NCBI GenBank assembly: GCA_002269645.1
Contig: NIVC01001407.1
Span: 124,001-188,000 of the forward strand
Source of the DNA: Macrostomum lignano
Lineage: Eukaryota
Length of the DNA: 64,000 nucleotides
Direction: 5' to 3'
Position numbers and translations under genes: made by a program. Of this stretch, positions 23,365-34,567 are shown in pieces (the stretch's first letter is position 1; every line of letters begins with the position of its first letter). The notes under the pieces were generated by a model. The model saw only the letters and a list, made by a program, of their open reading frames with translations. It did no database searches and was not told where the DNA came from.

Positions 23365-23528
23365 CATCATTAAGTTGCTTAAGGCTGCGTACAGCTGTTC
23401 AATCCAAGGACTGGGGGGGGGGGGGTCACCACACACCCTCAATTACCCCAGCTAATGCTGGCACCTATTTTACAGCTGGGTGAACTGAAGCAATGCAGAG
23501 TTAAGTGTCTTGCACAAGGACACAAAAA
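23365..23528 (-). mobile_element. 3' half of the CORE-like SINE, split by a Helitron-like insertion
   Basis: Reverse complement matches the 886-1125 copy (GTGTCCTTGTGCAAGACACTTAACTCTGCATTGCTTCAGTTCACCCAG). Confidence 0.75.
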
Positions 23529-24531
23529 TCTCTAACTATAAAAATCAAAACTCTGTCTGTGTGTCTGTCTGTCTGTCTGTCTGTGTGTCTGTGGACAATT
23601 TTGATCGCTATGGACTCCCAAACCACTCAACTAAATTACACCAAACTTTACACCCACCCTAAACTCACTACGGAGAATGTCTTAGGCTACCTTTTAATTT
23701 CCTAGACTCAAGTCTTCCTACCTAAAAGTACAAAAAACTGCTCAAAATGCGCGATTTTTTCACTAAATCCTCCATAGCGCCGCTCCACTTCTACCGATTC
23801 TCTTCAAATTTGACACAGGCAATTTTCAACTATTTTGACACAATCGTGTAAAATTTCAAATCTCAAAGTTAATCCTGAAAGCCGCTGTGCACTTTTAAAG
23901 TTAGGCTGTTTTTTTCAGCGAGGCAGCCACCCCAACCTCCGCCCGCCTGCCTCTCTTTCCCGATCTGGGCCCAGATGTGTAAAAGGGTTTCAAAATTGAC
24001 TAACTTTCAGCTGCCATAAGTTTGCTCCAAGTAAAGCGATTGACTTCAAACTTGACACAATTCTTCGTTGACTTATTCTCTGTCTAAATGTAAAGTTTCA
24101 ACTCTCTAACTCAATCAGAACAGAAACTGTAAACATGTAAAGTTTGTCTGCTTTTTCTGTTGTTTGTGCCACTCACTCACTCATTCCCCAGAGCCAGACG
24201 AAGGGTCAGGCGATAGGGCTCAATGTACATAGCGAATGTACAGTGTTTTGGAATAACTTTTTAATAGCCTTCTCTGTACCCCGCGAGTGGAGAGGCGTGG
24301 AGAGGAGAGAGTTTAGCGAGAGATTCAATTTCAAACCACTGTCCTCTGAATAGACAAGTCTGCAGCAGTTAAACAAGGATGGTAAATCAAGGCGATGTGG
24401 GATGGTTTGTAAAAATATCGAAAAATTAATGAATAACTGATTACAATGCAATCCTACTAAATTAGTTAGTTAAAGCATGAAGCTTTTAACATTAAGATTC
24501 GCATAAGGTAACTTTAAAATTTAAATGGCTA

Positions 24532-27500
24532 CACGCCTCCCCTGAAGAGAGAGTTTGGTCAATGAAATATACCCTAAAAAATATTGATTTCCCATGAATC
24601 TATGACCCAACAGACGTCCAAAAAAGCAATAGTTGAAATCCTATCGCATTGTCTGCATAGTGTACAGGTATGCTAATTAGTACAGTGATTTTTAGTACCA
24701 GGTAGGTACTACAAGAAGAACAAGAAGGTCTGAGAGGACATGGCAACCATCCTGCAGCAACGAAAATGCTAAAACAAGGTAGAATTTACGTTTCTGTTCA
24801 TTCTCTGTCACTTATGGTTCATTAATAGTGTTTTTATTACCTGTCCATACCTGACTGAGATTAATTTACACATGGAGCTTGTGTTTTCCTAGTAACGTTT
24901 TCAATTTTTTAAAGTTTTTGGAGCAGTGCAGCGATAGACTGGCACTGGGAGTCAAAACAAAGCCAGTAACTATTAACGAGAGAAAAGTTTCACAAAAACA
25001 GAAAGCATAAGCAGAGGTCATTGGGAATTACAAGCTTATTTTGGCGGCAAATGACTACACGGGTAGAATAACTAGAGTAAAATAGCTAGAATAGTTGTTA
25101 AAGCTAGTACAATATTTAGTAAAACAGAAAGTTCTTGCAATTTGCGAAGATAAGCCTACAGAATTTCTGGAAGCCTTGTGTGCTGCAGAATAAAAAAGAC
25201 ATGCATTGACTGATGTAGAGCAAACCCGAATTCAAGTTCCAGCTACTGTGATACAGTACCATTACATGTACTTCAAGCACTTCATTTCATAGAAGGCCTT
25301 AAAACCTGCGACAACTTTCTGCTTTACCCAATACAAACATACGAGTTTAGTGGGTTGTCAAAATACAAGCATTGAATGTAACAGCAAAACCAATGTACTA
25401 ACTACTAACTACTTTTTTCAACAGTTTACTTGTAGTTATCTTGGCAGTAGTAAATTGGAATTTGCAAGTTACAAGTTATGACATATTTGGCTCAGATGTG
25501 AAATGAATTATAGTTTATGATGGATTGCAGTAGACACGTGCTATACTGAGGATGATTTAGGGGGCGCTTATAGCGCTGCCAGGTGGCTTCGAAGTCACTG
25601 TGGGCTGATTCAACAGCCTGTTCACTAAAGCTGCCAAGCCCCTTGCCATACTTGCCGCAGAACGCTGGCACATGGTCAAAAAGCGCGTGCATCTTTGGCG
25701 TAACTGAAAGCTCGAGGTACCTACATGTCGTCTGGAAGCGAGCAATGTAGAGACTGTAATCAGCTGCCAGACTTTGGCCAAAGCAAGCTTCGCGCACAGC
25801 GTTGAAGTCTTGAAGTGCTGTTGCGTAGAGCTTCAGGTGTGGAGGCAGCACGCTCCACAGCTCACTCGCCTTCAGAAGGAGCTTTTTGCACGCTGGGCCC
25901 TCCAGGCAACCTCCATGATACTGCTGCCTGCAGATGCCTGCTTCATAGGCCCACTCGTAGGCCTTGTTGCCACCCCAGCTTGCATTGAGAGCATCAAGCA
26001 ATCGGTTCACAATGCCAAGCATCATGTGCAGCTCTGGCGGTGGTACCACGTCCAGCAGTTCAGCAGAATCGCTCCCAGGTAGCAGTGGAGGCTGGACGCA
26101 ATTGGCAAAGTTTTTGGCTAGAGGCTGGTGTCCACCAGCTGCCTGAAACTCACTTGCCAGGTGTCGAATTGAGCCGAGCGTCCTCCTTTGTGCTGGTACT
26201 TCCCATGGAGGCCTGCCCTCACAGTACAGGCAGGGATGCGATGAAGAATGGCTCTGGATCCCGCTGATTATGTTTGCCAGTTTAAAATCGCAGGCCAACG
26301 TGAAGTAAATGGAGCTGATGTCGATGGTTGACATTAGTACACTAACGTTCTGGTAGCATTCTTTGACATCCTCAACAAGGGCCAGGATGAGGATCTTTTT
26401 CACTCCAGAGTCCATAAATCGGTTAAATTGGGCAGACGAAGTGCATCCTCTGCCATCCACGGTAACGCTGACGCACACCTTTAAGGAATTGCCTCCTCCA
26501 TCAATCGCAAGTTTCACTCTCTGGTGCATCTCAGCAGTGCCTCTCGAGTTACTGACATGCGCCAGAAAAGCGTATACATCCCGGCAGAACACGACAGACC
26601 GTTCAATCACACACTCTTGTCCATTAGGCTGTTTGCGGAAAAACTGCCGCTGCTCAGCTGTAAAAAACTTGGCGACACTCTGACCTTCAGCAAACAGAAA
26701 CTCCTTCAGCCCAGACTGCACGGCCTTTTTGCTGCCGGACGCTTCTCTGATCACTTGAGCCGCACGTAGCGTCTGACTGGTGCTGAGGTTGAGTGCAGTC
26801 TTTACGGCTCGCATAGTGCTATGCTGGACCGACGCAATCTCGGTAGTTGATGTACCAGCCACTTGAACTTGGAGTGGGCGCCCACCTGTGCCAGAAGTCA
26901 GGCTTTCAGTTGCTAAGGAGCCAGAAGAGGTGGCTACACCCAGCTTCTCACGCAGAAGACCGCAGGCTACGTGCTCCCTTGAGTAGGGGCTTAGGGCATC
27001 AAGATAGCGCAGTTTTGCCGCCTGTCCACACTGGTGCCTCAATCCACGTGCCACTGGCGATGAGCACGTCTCACAGCGTTTGACGACACTGTCTCCCATC
27101 GGCCCAGGTGCCTTATTTGGAGGGCGACCAAGTGGCGTCGCAATACCAGCAGCAGACTCATCTGGCATGAAAGGGTGATATACAGCCACATTCTTGTTGG
27201 CTCTGCTGGAGCCCACATGGCACACCCAGCAGTTGCAATCGGGGCGTTCGCGAGTGAGTGGCGGAAGACAGCGCAGATCTGCAATAACTTGCTCGTAGGG
27301 CATTTTTGGCGGCAGAGGTGTTGGTGCAGGGCTGCTTTGTGACATCAGCTTGATTCTGCAGGAGTTGCAGATGCTTAAAGGCAGAAATCCACGATGGTCA
27401 GCGAAGCCTGGCAGCACATGGCATTCAATCAGCGCTTCAAGAGTGGCTGTCAGCGGTCGGTCTCCCTTCCGAAAGCACAAGATGCACACACATCTTCGAT

Positions 27501-28420
27501 TTTCTTCATGTGAGCGCTTGTTGTTTGGCATTGTTCTGGAGCAGCCAGTGTCGCGGTATTTTTTTATTATTATTTCTTGTATTTCTACCTGCACGCTCAA
27601 TTAGTCTAATATATTGCATGCATATTTATGTAGCTCATACGTACATTCCCCCAAATTATTGATCGCCCCACCCCATATCACACTCAATCGTGTATTGTAC
27701 GCTTTCACTCAGCTTATAAATGTCGACCTAGAGTATCTCACTCAAATATACCCTTTTCATTTTCATAGCTAGTTGTCTCACTTACAGTAACTTTAATTTC
27801 AGTAAAAGTTTAGTAAAAGTGTAGCAGCTGCTGCTTGCTATTTCTTTTTGTTCTGAAGAAAACACTGGAATTAACTTGTCTCCTAGTTCTGACTGCCTCA
27901 TCATCTGGAGATGTCTATGGGCTAAATAGCTTATTGAAACAGAAAGAAAAGTCTGCAGCCAGAATATTGAATTCAATTTATTTTGAGCCACGAGCATATA
28001 CATGTAAATACGCTCGTACAATGATAAGTGTGAAGATACACGCCCTGGTGTGAATTCAGCACAATATAGTATGCAAAAACATAATTTTCAGGTGTACACA
28101 GGTATGGACAGGTAATAAAAACACTATTAATGAACCATAAGTGACAGAGAATGAACAGAAACGTAAATTCTACCTTGTTTTAGCATTTTCGTTGCTGCAG
28201 GATGGTTGCCATGTCCTCTCAGACCTTCTTGTTCTTCTTGTAGTACCTACCTGGTACTAAAAATCACTGTACTAATTAGCATACCTGTACACTATGCAGA
28301 CAATGCGATAGGATTTCAACTATTGCTTTTTTGGACGTCTGTTGGGTCATAGATTCATGGGAAATCAATATTTTTTAGGGTATATTTCATTGACCAAACT
28401 CTCTCTTCAGGGGAGGCGTG
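24532..28420. mobile_element. Chapaev DNA transposon 1 (3,889 bp), intact
   Basis: CAC...GTG termini; 322-bp TIRs (24532-24853 / 28099-28420) in which no mismatch was seen; 4-bp TSD GCTA; the homologous site is uninterrupted in Helitron copy 2 (~31390). Confidence 0.92.
25492..27531 (-). CDS. Chapaev transposase, 679 aa, intronless and intact
   Basis: N-terminal H-x7-C-x2-C..P-x3-C-x2-C (SHEENRRCVCILC..LPLSICNSC), CNCWVC, a second C2HC finger; catalytic-type motifs AIDGGG, ACDFKLANI..HPCLYC, PPELH, TPKMH, SEQAVESAH. Confidence 0.9.
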   Translation of the reverse strand: MPNNKRSHEENRRCVCILCFRKGDRPLTATLEALIECHVLPGFADHRGFLPLSICNSCRIKLMSQSSPAPTPLPPKMPYEQVIADLRCLPPLTRERPDCNCWVCHVGSSRANKNVAVYHPFMPDESAAGIATPLGRPPNKAPGPMGDSVVKRCETCSSPVARGLRHQCGQAAKLRYLDALSPYSREHVACGLLREKLGVATSSGSLATESLTSGTGGRPLQVQVAGTSTTEIASVQHSTMRAVKTALNLSTSQTLRAAQVIREASGSKKAVQSGLKEFLFAEGQSVAKFFTAEQRQFFRKQPNGQECVIERSVVFCRDVYAFLAHVSNSRGTAEMHQRVKLAIDGGGNSLKVCVSVTVDGRGCTSSAQFNRFMDSGVKKILILALVEDVKECYQNVSVLMSTIDISSIYFTLACDFKLANIISGIQSHSSSHPCLYCEGRPPWEVPAQRRTLGSIRHLASEFQAAGGHQPLAKNFANCVQPPLLPGSDSAELLDVVPPPELHMMLGIVNRLLDALNASWGGNKAYEWAYEAGICRQQYHGGCLEGPACKKLLLKASELWSVLPPHLKLYATALQDFNAVREACFGQSLAADYSLYIARFQTTCRYLELSVTPKMHALFDHVPAFCGKYGKGLGSFSEQAVESAHSDFEATWQRYKRPLNHPQYSTCLLQSIINYNSFHI

Positions 28421-28617
28421 GCTACGAAGAAATGCGTATTTCCTTGGTTGTTAGACTGCTGCAGACTGGTGGTGGAGCTGGGGAATGGAGATACACAAAT
28501 TCCTCTCAGGGCTGCTAATTGGCCAGAAAGATGACGCGATTAAAGCATGAGAAATGATAACAAATAACAACCATGATAGTATTACTTCCCATCCCATGCA
28601 CAAACTGGCTTTCGAAG

Positions 28618-29049
28618 CAGGGATCGGCAGATTTTTATCTCAAAGGCCAGATAAAGAATCCAGCTCATGGCTGCGGGCCAGATGAGAGTGAAAAGGAAAA
28701 GGAATAGACTATTAGAAAGGGAGGAGGGGCGAGAGGGGGATAAGAGAGCAGATAGAAGATAACAGGAGAGACGAGGGGGTTGAGGAGAGAACAGAGAATA
28801 TGGGACGAAGAAGCGAGAGGGGGGAGAGAGAAGGGAGACGAAATAGTAGAGGTGAGAAGATGGAGAGAGGAGGGGAGAGATGAGACAGAGGATCGATGAG
28901 AGAGGAGAGTGGAGAAGAGTGAGAAGAGATGAGAGATGAGAGAACAGAGAGGCAAATGAGAGAGCATCGAGAGAAGAGATTAGAAAGGATAGAGAAGAGA
29001 GGAGATAAGAGGGGGAGAGAGAGGAGTGAGAAGAGAGGAGATAAGAGAT

Positions 29050-29114
<65 letters not shown>

Positions 29115-30188
29115 GAGAAAGAAGAGAGGACAAAGGAGAGATGATAGAGTAAAGGGAAGAGGAGGAGAGAAAAAAGAGATGAGATTGTAGAGATGAGGGA
29201 GATGAAAGGAAAGATGAGAGAGTAGAGATGAGAGATGAAGGAAGAGAGAGCAGAGTGCAGAGAGACGAGAGAAGAGAATAGAGGGGTGAGAGTATAGAAG
29301 AGGGAAGAGAAGAGAGGAGTAAGGAAAGAGAGGAGTCAGAAGAGGAGAAAGAGAAGAGTACACAGTAGAGAGGAGAGTAGAGATGACAGAAGAGAGAGGG
29401 ATATGAGAGAGCAAAGATGAGAGTGAACAGACGATATAAGAGAGGAGAGAGGAGAGTGGAGAGAGAAGAGAGAAGACAAGAGAGTGAGAGAGTATAGAAG
29501 AGAGAAGAGAAGAGACGAGAAGAAAGAAGAAAGGAAAGAGAGTCCTGAGTCAAAAAAGGGGAAAGAGAGGAGTACAAGAAGAGAGAGGTGAGAGAACATA
29601 TGAGAGTAAAGATGACAGATGAGAGAGGGGAGATGAGAGAGCAGAAACCAGAGTGAATAGACGAGAGATGGGAGAGTAGAGAGAAGAGAGGAGAGATAAG
29701 AAATAAGAGATGAGATGTGGGGACAAGGGAGATGAGAAGTGAGTGAGGAGAGAGGAGGGGAAGGGAGAGAATTGAGAGGACAGGGGAAATTGGTGAAAAG
29801 GACGAGAGAGGAGAGGAAAGAGAGGAGAGATTAGAGAGAAGAGAGATAGGACAGGAGAGAGCAGAGAGAAGAGAGGAGAGAGAGAAGAGAGAAATGAGAA
29901 AAGATAAGAGAGAGAGAGAAGATAAAAGAAGAGAAATGAGATATAAGAGAGCGAAGACGAGAGAGAAGGGAGGTGAGAGAAAAGAATAGAGGGGAGAGGG
30001 AAGAGACGAGAGAAGAGGGGAGAGAGGAGAGAGGACAGAGAAGAGAAGAAAGAAGAGATAAGAGGAGAAAAAGAGGAGACGAGAGACGTGAGAGAAGATA
30101 GGAAACAGAAAAGAAGATGGAAGTTTTAAAGGATGCAAAGTACATAGGGAGAGGCAGAGGCAGAGGCCAGAGTTTGCCTGACATTCTG
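28618..30188. mobile_element. hAT-Charlie-like MITE with a ~1.45-kb GA-rich expansion, inside Helitron copy 1
   Basis: Ends CAGGGATCGGCAGA..GGCCAGATA..GCGGGCCAG and AGTTTGCCTGACATTCTG resemble the 183-bp MITE at 59983-60165; interior is almost purely purine. Confidence 0.65.
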
Positions 30189-30388
30189 CGCAGCACCCCA
30201 GCCAACAATATCAATGTTTGCTTCAAATCCTAATTTTACACGAATCTATACTCTATTTTATGTTTAACTCCATCCTAACTATTAACAAGTTTTTGTTTGA
30301 GTTTGACCTCAGATTTTAGATTACATGCAAAAATAATTCTGGGGAATGGAGTTCCCCGGGCTCAAAATCCGCGGGTTTCAACAGCTTG

Positions 30389-32465
30389 TCTCTACATATA
30401 AAAATCAAAACTCTGTCTGTCTGTCTGTCTGTCTGTCTGTGGACAAATTACTTCGCTATGGACTCCCAAACCGCTCAACCAAATTACACCAAACTTTACA
30501 CCCACCCTAAACTTACTACGGAGAATGTCTTAGGCTACCTTTAAATTTCCTAGACTCAAGTCTTCCTACCTAAAAGTGCAAAAAACTGCTCAAAATGCGC
30601 GATTTTTTCACTTAATCCTCCATAGCGCCGCTCCACTTCTACCGATTCTCTTCAAATTTGACACAGATAATCTTTAACTATTTTGGCACAATCATGTAAA
30701 ATTTCGAGTCTCAAAGTTAATCCTGAGCGGTGCTGTGCACTTTTAAAGTTAGGCTGTTTTTTTCAGCGTAGCAACCACCCCAACCTCCGCCCGCCTGCCT
30801 CTCTTACCCGATCTGGGCCCAGATGTGTAAAAGAGTTTCAAAATTGACTAACTTTCAGCTGCCATAAGTTTGCTTCACGTAAAGCGATTGACTTCAAACT
30901 TGACACAATTCTTCATTGACCCATTCTCTATCTAAATGTAAAGTTTCAACTCTGTAACTCAACCGAAAAAGAAACTGTAAGCATGTGAAGTTTGTCTGCT
31001 TTTTCTGTTGTTTGTGCCACTCACTCACTCATTCCCCCAGAGCCAGACGAAGGATCAGGCGGTAGGACTGAATGTACATAGCAAATGTACAGTGTTTTGG
31101 AATAACTTTATTTATAGCCTTCTCTGCACCCCCGCGCGTGGAGAGGCTACGTTTAGCCATGACAGTTTAGTGAGAAATTCTAACCACTGCCCTCCCCTCT
31201 GTATTGGCAAACTCTGCAGCAGTTTAACAGTGGATGGCAATTGGCAAATCGAGGCAATCCAGCATGGTTTGTAAAAGCGAAAGATTTATGAAAAGGCGAT
31301 GCGATGCAATGAAATACAACCCTACTAAATTAGGCACACCACACACCATGGAAATTTTAAGTTTCTCTTAAAAGTACTCTAAAATTTAAATGGCCTCCTA
31401 AGAAATGCGTATTTCCTTGGTTGTTAGACTGATGCAGACTGCAGTGGAGCTGAAGATACACAAATTCCTTTCAGGGCTGCAAATTGGCAAGAAAGATGAC
31501 GTGATCAAAGCATGAGAACAACCATGAGAGTAGTACGTCCCACAAACTGGCTTTCGAAGCAGGGATCGGCAGACTTTTACTTCAAAAGCCAGATAAAGAA
31601 TCCAGCTTATGTGCGGGCCAGATGAGAGTGGAAAGGAGAAGGAATAGACTAATTAGTATTAGAAGAGAGGCGAGGCGAGAGGGGATAAGAGAAAACATGG
31701 AAGATAAGAGGAGAGACAAGTGGTGAGGAGAGAGCAGAGAAGAAGGGAGGAAGAAGCGAGAGGAGGGGAGAAAGGAGGGAGAGGAAAGAGTAAATGTAAG
31801 AAGAGGGGAGAGATGAGACAGAGGATCGATGAGAGGAAAGTAGAGAAGAGTGAGAAGAGAGTAGAGATGAGAGAGCAGAAAGAAGATAACAGAGGGTCAA
31901 GAGGAGGAGAGGAGAGGAGAGAGTAGAAAGGATAGAGAAGAGAGGAGATAAGAGGGGGAGAGAGGAGTGAGAAGAGAAGAGATAGAGATAAGAGAGGGGT
32001 GTAAGAAGAGGGGAGAAAGGAGAGATGAGATTGTAGAGATGAGACAGATTAAAGGAGAGATGAGAGAGTAAAGATGAGAGATGAAAAAGGTGAGAGGAGA
32101 GTGCAGAGAGACGAGAGAAGACAAGAGAGGGAGACAGTATAGAAGAGGGAAGAGAAGAGAGGAGGAGAGGAGAAAGGAGAAAGGAAAGAGAGGAGTCAGA
32201 AGAGGTGAAAGAGAAGAGTACAGAGGAGATAAGTGAGAGAACGTATAAGAGAGTAAAGATGACAGATGAGAGAGCAGAGATGAGGGTGAACAGACGAGAG
32301 ATGGGAGAGTAGAGAGAACAGAGGAGAGAGAAGAGAGAAGAGATTACAGAGACTAGAGGAGAGAGGAGAGACAGGGAGAGAGAAGAGGAAATAGGAGAAT
32401 GAAGAGGGGAGAGAGTAGAGAGGAGAAGAGAGATGGGGAGGAGAGATAAGAGAGAGAGAGAGAGG

Positions 32466-32512
<47 letters not shown>

Positions 32513-33269
32513 GAGCAGAGAGAAACGAGAAGAGATAAGAGAGAAAAGATAAAAGAATAGAAAGGAGAGATGAGAGAGTAGAGGAGAGAGTTAAGAGATG
32601 AGAGAAAAGAATAGAGAGGAGAAGGAAGAGACGAGAGAGAAGAGGGGGAGAGAGGAGAGAGGAGAGGAGGGTCAACGAGAAACGAAAACGAAAACGAAAA
32701 AGTAGAGAGGAGGGAGGAGAGGAGAGAGAAAAGAAGAGGGAATTGAGATGAGATAAGAGATATGAAAGAGAAGAAAGATGAGGGAGGATACGAAAGAAGA
32801 CGGGAGAGAGGAGAGAGGAGAGCAGAGAGAAAACAAAAAGTAGAAAGGAGAGAGGAGAGGAGAGAGAAAAGAATAGGGAAGAGATGAGGGAAGATATGAG
32901 AGAAAAGAGGAGAGAAGAGAGAGGAGAGACGAGGGACAAGAGAGAAGAAAGGAAACAGAAGAGACGATAGAAATTTTAAAGGATCCAAGGGACATAGGGA
33001 GAGTCAGGGAGAGGCCAGAGTTTGCCAATACATGTTTTAGAGTCAGACAGACATTGCCTGACATTCTGCGCAGTACCCCAGCCGACAATATCAACGTTTG
33101 CCTCAAACCCTAATTTTACACGAATGTGCTCCATTTTATGTCTACCTCTATCCTACTAACTATTAACAAGTTTTTGTTTGTGTATGGCCTTAGATTTCAG
33201 AATACGTGTAAAAGTAGTTCCGGGTATTGGATTTCCCCGGGTTCAAAATCCGCGGGTTTCAACAGCTTG
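30389..33269 (+). mobile_element. Helitron-like element, copy 2, head-to-tail with copy 1
   Basis: Junction CTTG|TC at 30388/30389; same internal order as copy 1; ends CTTG followed by T. Confidence 0.75.
31560..33068. mobile_element. Second GA-expanded hAT-like MITE, inside Helitron copy 2
   Basis: Same ends as 28618-30188; GA-rich interior. Confidence 0.65.
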
Positions 33270-33320
33270 TGTTCCAATAAGTGAAGAATCAAACCCCTGA
33301 CCTTTCATTTGTGAGTCCTT
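33270..33320 (-). mobile_element. 5' (tRNA/B-box) half of the split SINE
   Basis: TGTTCC..GAATCAAACCCCTGACCTTTC..GTGAGT matches the reverse complement of the B-box region of the 886 copy and continues from GGACACAAAAA at 23528. Confidence 0.7.
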
Positions 33321-34567
33321 CTAAGTTTGTTCTAAGTTGTGAGGATTTTCTAGATTTAGCCACCCCATTCTGTCATTATGATATAATGTCATAGTAAATG
33401 TCATACATAAAACCTTGTAATAGATTTGAGAAGAAACAGCACAAATTGATGCCATTTACCAGAAACTTTAGAAAAAAATTATCTTGACAAAAGTATCTTT
33501 TATGACATGACATGGCTAATAAACATGGTTTACTATGCCTAAAATTTCATTTGAAAAGTATGTGGTATGGCTAAAAGTAAAAACTTTAATGTCTCTTATG
33601 TATATATTAGATAAAAATACAGCTGTCTACATTCTGTTATATTTTATTAATTTTACAAATCCTGATTTTAATTAAGTGTAGAAATTATTGTTTTGATCCT
33701 TTGCTAGAAGGTGTTTGTTGAGAAATTAGGAATCTTGATTTGGTTTTTTGTCCTAAGTATATGATTTTTTATTATCAGCCATTTTTTATCAAATAAGTTA
33801 TCTGCTGAAAAGTTTATTAAAATAGTCACCCACGGTGCTACCATAGGCGGAAAATTGCTTAAAAAATTCACCGGAAAAGTTATTTGTCACAATCGACAAT
33901 CAAGTTATTAAGGATTCCATGGAAGAAAAAATTAAAATTGTACTCGTTCGTTTTAGCTCAAAAAAACAATTTTCTGTTTTTACCATAGATTATATTGGAA
34001 ATTTACTACAATGTAATTGAATTCTTTCAAATTGTTATCAATGTGCGTATTAAAGAAGAGTTATTACAATTTAAATCGAAACAAATTAACAAAATTTTTC
34101 AGCAAGTCCATGAATATTGTATTGTATGCACATTTTAAATCTACTCGAAGCTTAGCACACTGTCTTACATGAAGCAAAACAACTCAAAGCAGCATGGTGC
34201 TGCAGCGTTTCACAAACCCCAAATTTTACAACATAAAAATTATTTTTTATATTCTTTCACCTTAATATCTAACCCCAAACCATGTGAATATGTTCTTGAT
34301 GCTATGAAATTTCGGGTTTGTGAAAGCACCCCTATCGTACAAGGTTTTGTATTACCTTACAATTCAAATTAATATCGTTACAATTGCAATTTTAATATAT
34401 AGACTTCAAAGGGGACATTTAGCAGGCTGATTTTCCTGGAGGCTTTGACTACAATAACTGAGTGGATCGAAAAATTGTGCTACTAAATTTTCTGACTTCA
34501 TAACTGTCCAATACTTGCGTTGCAGTTCAACTGTTGCAGTTCCGGATTCGCACTTTCCACAAAACGC

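Larger units (their letters stand above)
23529..30388 (+). mobile_element. Non-autonomous Helitron-like element, copy 1 (interrupted by Chapaev-1)
   Basis: 5' TC followed by a (CTGT)n tract; 3' GC-rich hairpin CCCGGG..CCGCGGG then CTTG; inserted after A with no TSD. Confidence 0.75.

Noticed and set aside
24206-24451. Captured gene fragment (H..CCR) in the Helitron-like units
   Set aside because: Frame is not conserved in copy 2 (stops and shifts) and the motif is too weak.
28582-32988. Long Leu/Ser-rich ORFs (518 aa, 247 aa, 211 aa; also 10703-11563)
   Set aside because: Translations of GA/CT low-complexity tracts with no domain content.
33021-33058. 27-bp insertion flanked by TTGCC in the MITE end of Helitron copy 2
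   Set aside because: Too short to assign; could be a repair filler or footprint.
33831-33880. Bona fide RSS (heptamer-spacer-nonamer) in the Chapaev-2 TIR
   Set aside because: Heptamer-like end only; no nonamer at 12 or 23 bp and no RAG2-like ORF.
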